Shown in pieces: positions 36,896 to 45,204 of a stretch of DNA of 64,000 nt. The stretch is from Minisyncoccota bacterium (lineage in GTDB: Bacteria; Patescibacteriota; Minisyncoccia; Phycocordibacterales; VMEP01). The position numbers were made by a program, and so were the translations under genes. The stretch's first letter is position 1, and each line of letters starts with the position of its first letter. The stretch is taken from NCBI GenBank assembly GCA_041661305.1, contig JBAZUR010000001.1, forward strand, positions 313,986 through 377,985, given 5' to 3'. The notes beneath the pieces are model-generated. The model worked only from the letters and a program-made list of their open reading frames with translations. It had not been told where the DNA came from and did not search any database.

Positions 36896-36947
36896 CCCAT
36901 ACGTACACTATAATCTTGCTATAGCAAGATTATAGTGTACGTATGGG
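36896..36947. repeat. perfect 52-bp palindrome with no spacer
   Basis: CCCATACGTACACTATAATCTTGCTA|TAGCAAGATTATAGTGTACGTATGGG. Confidence 0.95.
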
Positions 36948-37010
36948 TCTGTATTTAATTTATTTAACTTACTCAATTATCATTGACTACTTATCTGATT
37001 AACTAAAAAG

Positions 37011-37583
37011 TTAGCTTAATCCAAATTTTTCTTTCAAACTTTCGTCTTGTTCAATCTTGTCTACTATCATATAGAGCACTTCCCTACCTATCTTAAAATC
37101 GGCTTTCATTAAAACTATTAAATCTTCACAATCATACGGATACACCCAAACACTATCTTGAAGTTTAGTGAATCCAAAACCAATCAAAGTAAGTCGTAGT
37201 TTTTCACGTAAGGATTTTTTATTTTCTTTTAGATCGTAAATTATTACGCGCCATTTGCCATCCCATCGCTTTGGTTTAACAATCAAACCTTTGTCGTATT
37301 GTTTGTATAAATGATGTTCCCCTGCTGGTGTTAAACAAACAAAAGTTCCTCTATCTGTTTTTTCAAAACGAACCAAACCGCCCTTAATTAGACTGTCTAT
37401 TGTTCTATTAACACGGTAATTTGTATTCTTTTTAATAACACCTAATTTATAGAGAGTGCCAACCGCGTTTGGTGCAAGTAAGGCCACACTTAATAACCCA
37501 GCACCTTTTATTGTATTTAAGACAATTTTTTGTATATTTTCTTTGCGACTTCTTTTCTTTGATTTTTCTTCAAGTTTTCCCAT
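37011..37583 (-). CDS. PaaX-like protein: winged HTH plus Cas2-like (ferredoxin-fold) domain
   Basis: LIKGGLV..LTPAG wHTH; WDGKWRVIIYD..REKLR..GF..LQDSVW. Confidence 0.82.
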   Translation of the reverse strand: MGKLEEKSKKRSRKENIQKIVLNTIKGAGLLSVALLAPNAVGTLYKLGVIKKNTNYRVNRTIDSLIKGGLVRFEKTDRGTFVCLTPAGEHHLYKQYDKGLIVKPKRWDGKWRVIIYDLKENKKSLREKLRLTLIGFGFTKLQDSVWVYPYDCEDLIVLMKADFKIGREVLYMIVDKIEQDESLKEKFGLS

Positions 37584-37631
37584 ATACAACTTTCTTTTCT
37601 ATAAGTATTTAAAAATTTACAGATAAATTAT

Positions 37632-37670
37632 TACACTATAATATTGCTATAGCAAGATTATAGTGTACGT
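37632..37670. repeat. second copy of the palindrome
   Basis: 38/39 identical to 36904-36942. Confidence 0.92.
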
Positions 37671-37699
37671 GTAGGAAAAGAAATATTGCAACTTTCCTT

Positions 37700-37718
37700 T
37701 TGGAGGCTTCGCCTCCAA
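37700..37718. repeat. short palindromic element GGAGGY-NNN-GCCTCC, intergenic copy
   Basis: TTGGAGGC-ttc-GCCTCCAA; also at 39747, 41838 and 46758. Confidence 0.75.
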
Positions 37719-37722
37719 GTGA

Positions 37723-39807
37723 CTAACGGCCCATATTGTAGAGTTGCTTAACTTCTGTGTCAGATAACACTCTATTGTAAAGTCTATAATCATCCATTAC
37801 CCCATCAAACCACCCTGGAGAATCCATCTGACAACAATCAGCAACAAATCTACCAAGTGTAAATTTATGAGAACCACCACTTGGGCTATATCCAGTGGTT
37901 GTTGTTTTTACCAATACTCCATTTTCATATAACTTATTCACCCCAGTTACTCCATCTCTAGTAAAAGATACGAGCAACCACCTACCGGCAACTGCGGTAT
38001 TGGGAGAATCCGCAAACCCGTTTGCGTAAATGTTATAACTTAATTTACCAAGATGAAAACCTATTAATCCTGTGCTCCACCCAACACTCTCGTTCATATT
38101 ATGAATAATTGTTCCACCAACCACTCTTGGTTTTACCCACACTGAAACCGAAAATGTGGCTGAGGCTTGCCCCAAAAAAGCCATTGCTGGAGTATTTAAA
38201 TATGTACTAACACCATTAAACTTAAGTCCTTGTCCGAGCTTTCCAGTGGCAGGACTAGACGTAGTACTGAAAGAAACTAAAGTAGCGTTGTTCCCCTGCC
38301 CACTCCTGTCGTAAGCAGTGTTTGAGCCCCAACTTATATCACCTCCGTTTAAACTAAAAACATAAACCAATCCATTATTTAAAAAATTATTAGTTGAAGC
38401 ATTTACTTGAGTCGCGTTTTGTTTATATAGTTGCTGAATTTCAGTTGCCGAAAGAGCGCGGTTGTATACACGTAATTCGTCAACTAAACCGTTGAAAAAT
38501 TCACTTGTTGCTGCGTTATACGCACGAGTTCCTATTGCCCAATTATTATTAGCACAAGTTGTCGTGGTGTTTACAGAAGTACCAACAGAAACACCGTTTA
38601 CAAAACCCTCCATTCCAGACGCACTATAAACCACGGCTACGTGTTGCCATTGATTAGCGACAATTGTTCCACCTAACGCATGATCATTTGTGGAATTTCG
38701 CCCACGTAACCCTGAACCAAAAATAACTATCCCATAATTAAAGCAACTACCACTTGCCCCCTTAGAGAAGATTGTGCCTTGTCCAACAACAGTATTTGGT
38801 TTTATCCACGCACTTAATGTCACATTGCCAGCCGTGCCAACATTAGGCAAAGCCGAGCCATTACCACTAAGATAAGTAGCGCCATTTAAGTTGACAGCCT
38901 TACCATTCTTACCCGCTACCCAAACCAAACTACTGGACGTTGTTGCCGCAGTATTTCCACTTCCACTCATATCATTTGCTTTAGAACCAGCGCCGTCGTT
39001 AAAAGGCCAATAACCAACCAATCCACTATTGCTTACAACTTTTGTTTGGGCCGAGCCAAATTGATAAAGAGTTTTTATTTCTGATGCAGATAAGGCTCGA
39101 CTGTAAATTCTGACGTCATCAATAGAGCCGTTAAAATATCTTGACAAGCCTGCGTCTTTCCCAATGTTAAGCTCATTAGTATCAGTGGTATTAATAATTC
39201 CACCGGGAACAGCGGTATTACACTGAGTACCGTTAATGTATGCTGTTAAATTTGTGCCATTCCATGTAAGTGTGTACAAATTCCAGTTAGTTATTGGAAC
39301 TGAGGGTGTGCAGGTTACTGCCACCCAGCCAGTAGTGTATATATAAAAATTAACAGAGGTAAGATTTTGAGCCGGATGTATTATGTACACATTTCTTTTA
39401 CTTACAATAAAACCATAATCATTCCAAGTACCAGTGGCGCTTTTTGCCCATGCGGATACTGTTAAATTAATCGGATTTAGCGAGCTACTGTTGGCAACCC
39501 TTATATATGAACTGGAACCGTTAAAACTGAGGGCTTTACCGATTTTACCAGACGTCCATAATGGAGTACTCATAAACGTTCCCGTATTTCCATTCCCACT
39601 CATATCGTTAGCTTTTGTTCCAGCTCCATCATTAAGTGGCCAGTACCCGACAAGGCCACTATTACCTACAGATTTAACAGTTGCTGCAGAAGTGATAGAA
39701 AAATAAAAAGAAAAAAATAAAAACGCAAACACAAAAAATATCCCCTTTTTGGAGGTTGAGCCTCCAAAATTACAGTTTTTGTTTTTTTGTATGGAAAGAT
39801 TTTTCAT
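37723..39807 (-). CDS. secreted protein with three LamG/concanavalin A-like domains
   Basis: Repeated GLVGYW..DMSGNGN..GKALxFNG..DDVRIYxRALS units. Confidence 0.88.
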   Translation of the reverse strand: MKNLSIQKNKNCNFGGSTSKKGIFFVFAFLFFSFYFSITSAATVKSVGNSGLVGYWPLNDGAGTKANDMSGNGNTGTFMSTPLWTSGKIGKALSFNGSSSYIRVANSSSLNPINLTVSAWAKSATGTWNDYGFIVSKRNVYIIHPAQNLTSVNFYIYTTGWVAVTCTPSVPITNWNLYTLTWNGTNLTAYINGTQCNTAVPGGIINTTDTNELNIGKDAGLSRYFNGSIDDVRIYSRALSASEIKTLYQFGSAQTKVVSNSGLVGYWPFNDGAGSKANDMSGSGNTAATTSSSLVWVAGKNGKAVNLNGATYLSGNGSALPNVGTAGNVTLSAWIKPNTVVGQGTIFSKGASGSCFNYGIVIFGSGLRGRNSTNDHALGGTIVANQWQHVAVVYSASGMEGFVNGVSVGTSVNTTTTCANNNWAIGTRAYNAATSEFFNGLVDELRVYNRALSATEIQQLYKQNATQVNASTNNFLNNGLVYVFSLNGGDISWGSNTAYDRSGQGNNATLVSFSTTSSPATGKLGQGLKFNGVSTYLNTPAMAFLGQASATFSVSVWVKPRVVGGTIIHNMNESVGWSTGLIGFHLGKLSYNIYANGFADSPNTAVAGRWLLVSFTRDGVTGVNKLYENGVLVKTTTTGYSPSGGSHKFTLGRFVADCCQMDSPGWFDGVMDDYRLYNRVLSDTEVKQLYNMGR
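39747..39769. repeat. palindromic element inside CDS (encodes FGGSTSK)
   Basis: TTTTGGAGGT-tga-GCCTCCAAAA. Confidence 0.7.
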
Positions 39808-39815
39808 AAAATTTT

Positions 39816-41906
39816 CTAACGGCCCATGTTGTAGAGCTGTTTAAGTTCTGTTGCCGACAGCGCACGATTGTAAATTCGAACATCGTCAATTAAGCCAGAA
39901 AAATAATCTGGAAGATCCCACCTTTTGCCAATATTAATACCCGTACCGCTTGACTGTGGTGTTATCGGAGCATAAACAGATGTGGTGCTCGCGCCGTTTA
40001 TGTATAGGGTTAATATATTGTTATCAAAAGTAATAGAAACGTGAGTCCACTTATTTATTGGCAGTGTTGATGCTCCTGTCTGATACCATCCGGCATTATA
40101 TATACCTCCATAGACATTAGTTGTACCTGAGGTAAATGCAATTACGTAATTTACATAACTAGGATATTGGTCAGAAACAACGGCTGAATAACCTGTTTGA
40201 TTCCCACTTGGGTTTACCCACGCCGCCACTGTAAATTTCGGAAGACTTATTGGAGCTGTTGTAATATATTGACCATTTCCATTGAACTTCATCCCTTGCC
40301 CAATTTTTCCAATAACAGGAGATGATGTGGTGCTCATACCAACTAAAGTCCCATCATTTCCATTTCCGCTTCTATCAAGAGCCTTGTTGGTTCTCCAATT
40401 CATATCCTTACCATCAAAAGACCACAACCCTACAAGCCCGCGAGTAAGCACATTATTTCTAGACGCATTTAAAATACTCTGACCGCCAGATTTATATAAA
40501 TCTAAAATTTCAGAGACAGCTAAAGCACGGTTATAAATACGAAAATCATCCAACTTCCCAGCAAACGGGTATTGCACTCCACCACGCATCCCCATATAAA
40601 AAGCGTCATTACCAAAATTATTCGTATTATTGTTGTTGTGTACTGCGTATGTTGCCGGCGTTTGTAAAACTCCGTCTATATAAAAACTAACTTCGTTGGT
40701 TGCCTTACTTTTATCTAAAATCGCGACATAATGATGCCAAACCCCAGCCGACGGGCGATTGTAGTATGGAATTGAATAGCCAACATTTCCCCTTAACCCA
40801 ACTGCAAAGTATCCAGTATTATCATCTGGTCCAATAACCCACCCCGTGGTACTAACATTAAAATTTGGACTAGTTTCAGCGACAATACTAATACTATTAT
40901 GGAACGAACTTTTATACATCCACCAAGAAACCGAGACAACATTTGTTCCACTTGAGTCGATTGATGGAACACTTACATAATTATTTGTCCCATTAAAATT
41001 TAGTGCATTTCCCAATTTACCAGTCGCCCATGTGAAGCTATTTACAAGAGAACCGTTATTTTTATTTCCAGAAGAATCCCCCATTTGAGTTCCTGTTCCT
41101 TCGTTCATCGGCCAATATCCCACCAAGCCACTTTTCCCAGAAACAGCGGACTTAATTAACACAGCCCCCCCTGCTTTATATAAATCTGAAATTTCAGAGG
41201 CCGATAATGCGCGATTATAGATACGTACTTCGTCAATCACCCCTTTAAATGGGTATCCAGTAGAAGAAAAACTTCCGATTTCAATACCACCACCAGAAAT
41301 ATTTATACTTCCTGTTGCCGCACAAGTTTGTTTCAAAACCCCATCGACATACACTCTCATATTTGTTCCGTCGTATGTTGATACCGCATGATGCCATACA
41401 CCTTCAGACGGTTCTGTTGTCGCACAATCTTGCATAGCAGGATGTTCTATTCTCATCTTTAACCCGCCTTCAATAAACATCGAATAAGAGGTGTTCACTG
41501 TTGCTTTGTGAACCAGCCATTTGTTTGTACCACTGCCAACATCTTTTTTATACCAAGCAGAGAGTGTAATACTACTAGTAATATCAAAAATTGGTTTGTT
41601 GGGAACAGACACAGAACTATTTACACCGCCGAAATAAAGAGCCTTACCAAAACGTCCTTGTGTCCATGTTGCGTTCGAGACGGTTCCTGTATTTCCATTG
41701 CCTGAAATATCGCCTGTTTTAGTCCCTACACCATCATTAAAATTCCAATACCCCACCAATCCACTTTTACCAACATTTTTTATTGATGCAGAAAAAGTTA
41801 CAAGTGGCACAGATATAAAAAACAAAACCAAACACGCAACCAGAATTTTGGAGGCTTCGCCTCCAAAATTCTGGTTTATGTTTTTTTGTGTATAAGTGTT
41901 TTTCAT
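39816..41906 (-). CDS. secreted protein with three LamG domains
   Basis: Same architecture as 37723-39807; ends RALSATELKQLYNMGR. Confidence 0.88.
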   Translation of the reverse strand: MKNTYTQKNINQNFGGEASKILVACLVLFFISVPLVTFSASIKNVGKSGLVGYWNFNDGVGTKTGDISGNGNTGTVSNATWTQGRFGKALYFGGVNSSVSVPNKPIFDITSSITLSAWYKKDVGSGTNKWLVHKATVNTSYSMFIEGGLKMRIEHPAMQDCATTEPSEGVWHHAVSTYDGTNMRVYVDGVLKQTCAATGSINISGGGIEIGSFSSTGYPFKGVIDEVRIYNRALSASEISDLYKAGGAVLIKSAVSGKSGLVGYWPMNEGTGTQMGDSSGNKNNGSLVNSFTWATGKLGNALNFNGTNNYVSVPSIDSSGTNVVSVSWWMYKSSFHNSISIVAETSPNFNVSTTGWVIGPDDNTGYFAVGLRGNVGYSIPYYNRPSAGVWHHYVAILDKSKATNEVSFYIDGVLQTPATYAVHNNNNTNNFGNDAFYMGMRGGVQYPFAGKLDDFRIYNRALAVSEILDLYKSGGQSILNASRNNVLTRGLVGLWSFDGKDMNWRTNKALDRSGNGNDGTLVGMSTTSSPVIGKIGQGMKFNGNGQYITTAPISLPKFTVAAWVNPSGNQTGYSAVVSDQYPSYVNYVIAFTSGTTNVYGGIYNAGWYQTGASTLPINKWTHVSITFDNNILTLYINGASTTSVYAPITPQSSGTGINIGKRWDLPDYFSGLIDDVRIYNRALSATELKQLYNMGR
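41838..41876. repeat. palindromic element inside CDS (encodes NQNFGGEASKILV)
   Basis: Perfect 18-bp stem AACCAGAATTTTGGAGGC-ttc-GCCTCCAAAATTCTGGTT. Confidence 0.8.
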
Positions 41907-41914
41907 AAAATTTT

Positions 41915-44900
41915 CTAACGTCCTGAATTATACAATTGTTTTACTTCTGTCGCTGAAAGAGCCCGATTGTAATCACGAACGTCATCAATCTTCCCTTTAA
42001 ACAATCTGAAATTGTTAGCACCGCCAATACTAAAGCCCCCGCCAGAGCCCATAACGCCAGGCACGTTTGCGGTGCCGATTTGTACACCATCCAAGTACAC
42101 CCGGAGTGTAGTTTGGTCATATGTAAAGCCGAGGTGCATCCATGTATTTATTTTAATCCCCGCATTTGAGATGCTCACCCATTGTGGAGTATTAAATAAA
42201 TATCCATAGATGTTCACTGTGCCGTTACCAATCTCGAATAAGAAATTCCCAGCAATCATTGCTATCTCACACGTGTTCGGAGACGACCCAGGACACGTCC
42301 CTAGAAAATACGGGTTGACCCAAGCGAAAACGCTGGCTGAACCGTTTGCAGGAGATCCGCTGATCGAGACGTAGCTATCACCGTTTAAATTAAGCCCTTG
42401 TCCAATCTTCCCAACGACAGGAGAAGAACTAGTGCTCATCCCGACAAGTGTTCCATCATTTCCATTTCCACTCCTATCAAGTGCTTTATTGGTGCCCCAA
42501 TTCACATCTTTGCCATTAAAAGACCAAAGTCCAACAAGACCGTTTGTTAAAAAATTATTTTGAGACGTGTTTACTTGCGTTGCATTTTGTTTATACAGTT
42601 GTTGGATTTCAGCTACAGAAAGTGCACGGTTATAGATACGCAAATCATCCATTATTCCGTTAAAATAGCTACCAGAATAAAGCCCAATATTAAGTGCGTT
42701 GCCAGCCACTATTGAATTGCTTTGAGTAGAGCTGTCGTGTAATACACCATTAACGTAAATTTTAAAGTTGTTTGCCCCAGCATTTTTATCATAAGTTCCA
42801 ACAACGTGATACCACTGATTTGTGTTAAGTACACCTGAGTCCACAGTAACAATTCCTGTCGTGGCTAAAACAAGTTGAAATCTCAAAATATTGGAGCTTG
42901 GCCAAACATAAATCCCATATGAACTTTTATCCACGATTGCACGCCAAGAAGCTGTTGGGTGCCAATCGGGAGATTTTACCCAAACAGAAATAGTAATTGT
43001 GTCGCTAAGATTTAAACTTGAACTAGATCCTGCTGTTGCATAATTAGTGGACCCATTAAAATTTAGCGCCTTTCCTAATTTTCCTGTTATCCACGAAGGG
43101 CTTCCTACAAGTGTCGCGGTATTTCCATTACCAGAAATATCTCCCGCTTTAGCTCCAGCCCCATCATTGAAATTCCAGTAGCCGACGAGACCTGATTTAG
43201 GTGGTGTTTTTATTGTCGTCTTCGGTGCGATTGATTGTAGAGAAAAATATTCTGTATTTTTTGTCATACCAGTAAGCTGTGCGTCGGTCAAAGCCCTAGG
43301 CCATATTTTTACATTTTTAACATTAATACTTTGATTAGCGTCTACTGTGCCGGAATTGGCAATATAAATATAAGATGGAGAACCAGCCCAATTTAAAGTT
43401 TTAGCATTTCCGGAAACAGCATCGGCACTCTTTGCCCCATTTTTAAAAGAAGAAAATGTTGTAAGATTATTCGCCAGACGCAACGCAATTTTTGTTGGAG
43501 TATTGTATGTAATTGAAAATGGGTTTGATGCCACATCCCAAACTGTCCCAAAATCAACAAGAAGCGAGAGGTTTGTTCCGCTATATCCACCAAAATTTAT
43601 CATTGAATTGCTAGCATATGAACCAATTTGAATCGGCGACTTGCTTGGGTAAGAATCCCCATTGTTATTTTTTCTATTCATTTCTAAATAAAGAGAAAAC
43701 GCTCGTTCTCCTATATTTCCAGACGTAGGATATGCAAGTAAGTCTCCCGACCTAGCTACTGAAGCTGACGTCGTTGGAATATAAGATGATTCAAATGGAG
43801 CAGATTCAATTTGAGCACCCCATACATAAATTCCAGAAGAACCATCGCCTAAATATGCGTCGGTGCTTACGTGAGTATCATCAACAGGACCAAAAACAAC
43901 TGAAGTACTGTGAGAAGAAGGAATATCAAAACTACATCTATACCAACCATTACCAACACTTTGTATTGTTGGATTTAAATTTCCTGTCGCAGTAACAGTT
44001 GAAAGATTAAATGTTTGTTGTCCAGTATCGCCTCCGGCCCAAGACCAACCGCGTGCCTTCGTCCTACCAGCAGATTTCACATACACGGAAAAACGACGCA
44101 AAGTCCCAGCCGACGAAGCAATACTTTGCCCGCGACGATGTAGTGTTGTGTCTGCTGTTTCTACTAATTTTTCTGCCGTCATTGTTCCATTTGGCGCAAC
44201 AACATTGTCTACAGAAACTGTTAACCCTTCAGCGTTATTACTCCACGCCGCGTTATCAAACTGTTCAGAATACAAAGCTAAATTTGTTCGCGCACCTTCT
44301 GCTAAATAACCACGCAAAGTATTTGTAGAAATTTTTGCACCAGTATTAGCGGTCACAACATTAGACAAAACTGTATTTCCATTTTGTCTATCAAAATATT
44401 TCACGCCATCAACATTTGCTCCATGGTATGGCGAGGAAAGCACTCCTTTAGAAACATAATCGGACGGATTTTGGTTTGATTGCCCAGTAACATTTTCGGC
44501 TTGAGCTCCCCACACATACGCCGTGGCACCGGCACCATTAGCTACATTCTCATCAATATAGATATAAAAATAATGATTATTACCAGAAACCAGGTTCGTA
44601 GCTGTTACAGAAAAACGTTGCCACGACGTGGACAGTGTCACTTGCTGACCAATGCGGGTGGCGCCAGCGCTGGTATCATAGATAAGAAGCTTCGCGTTTG
44701 TCGCAGTTCCCCCTTTAATCCACACGCTATATGTTACTGCTGTGCCATTAACAGCACCAGCATTCTGCACAACGCGCTGTCCACCAACCCCGGATGTAGT
44801 AAATAAATCTGCGGTATTTGTTCCAATAGGAGATGTTGTTTGATTTGCGGTAACAGTGAGCGATACAGGAGTCCAGGAAGTACTAAAATCTTCCGTAGAA

Positions 44901-45190
44901 GATAGTAAATTTTCAACTCTTCTCGCTCCCTCAAAACGCACTTCCCCGCTTTTCGCTTGCCTAAACAAATTTTCCCAATCTTGCACATACGCCGTGGAAG
45001 CTCTTGAAAATACTGGATTTCCTCTACCTGTCTGAAGAATTATAGAATTCGTTAGATTAGCCTCAAAACTTGGTTGAAGAGAAGCTTGAACTGTCGCGGC
45101 AGCAGACACAGCGACGGGTGAGGTAATAAAAATTAAAAACAAAAAACAATTAGTAATTAATTTTATTTTATTTTTAAAATTTATTTTCAT
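41915..45190 (-). CDS. secreted protein with phage-spike/CBM-like modules and two C-terminal LamG domains
   Basis: FSRASTA, EGARTNL, GWYRCS, VWGAQIE..SSYIPT modules followed by two LamG units. Confidence 0.8.
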   Translation of the reverse strand: MKINFKNKIKLITNCFLFLIFITSPVAVSAAATVQASLQPSFEANLTNSIILQTGRGNPVFSRASTAYVQDWENLFRQAKSGEVRFEGARRVENLLSSTEDFSTSWTPVSLTVTANQTTSPIGTNTADLFTTSGVGGQRVVQNAGAVNGTAVTYSVWIKGGTATNAKLLIYDTSAGATRIGQQVTLSTSWQRFSVTATNLVSGNNHYFYIYIDENVANGAGATAYVWGAQAENVTGQSNQNPSDYVSKGVLSSPYHGANVDGVKYFDRQNGNTVLSNVVTANTGAKISTNTLRGYLAEGARTNLALYSEQFDNAAWSNNAEGLTVSVDNVVAPNGTMTAEKLVETADTTLHRRGQSIASSAGTLRRFSVYVKSAGRTKARGWSWAGGDTGQQTFNLSTVTATGNLNPTIQSVGNGWYRCSFDIPSSHSTSVVFGPVDDTHVSTDAYLGDGSSGIYVWGAQIESAPFESSYIPTTSASVARSGDLLAYPTSGNIGERAFSLYLEMNRKNNNGDSYPSKSPIQIGSYASNSMINFGGYSGTNLSLLVDFGTVWDVASNPFSITYNTPTKIALRLANNLTTFSSFKNGAKSADAVSGNAKTLNWAGSPSYIYIANSGTVDANQSINVKNVKIWPRALTDAQLTGMTKNTEYFSLQSIAPKTTIKTPPKSGLVGYWNFNDGAGAKAGDISGNGNTATLVGSPSWITGKLGKALNFNGSTNYATAGSSSSLNLSDTITISVWVKSPDWHPTASWRAIVDKSSYGIYVWPSSNILRFQLVLATTGIVTVDSGVLNTNQWYHVVGTYDKNAGANNFKIYVNGVLHDSSTQSNSIVAGNALNIGLYSGSYFNGIMDDLRIYNRALSVAEIQQLYKQNATQVNTSQNNFLTNGLVGLWSFNGKDVNWGTNKALDRSGNGNDGTLVGMSTSSSPVVGKIGQGLNLNGDSYVSISGSPANGSASVFAWVNPYFLGTCPGSSPNTCEIAMIAGNFLFEIGNGTVNIYGYLFNTPQWVSISNAGIKINTWMHLGFTYDQTTLRVYLDGVQIGTANVPGVMGSGGGFSIGGANNFRLFKGKIDDVRDYNRALSATEVKQLYNSGR

Positions 45191-45204
45191 GAATTTAAAA
45201 TATT

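Noticed and set aside
36896-37670. CRISPR-Cas locus suggested by the Cas2-like gene and repeats
   Set aside because: Only two repeats about 700 bp apart, no spacers, and no cas1 or effector genes in the window.
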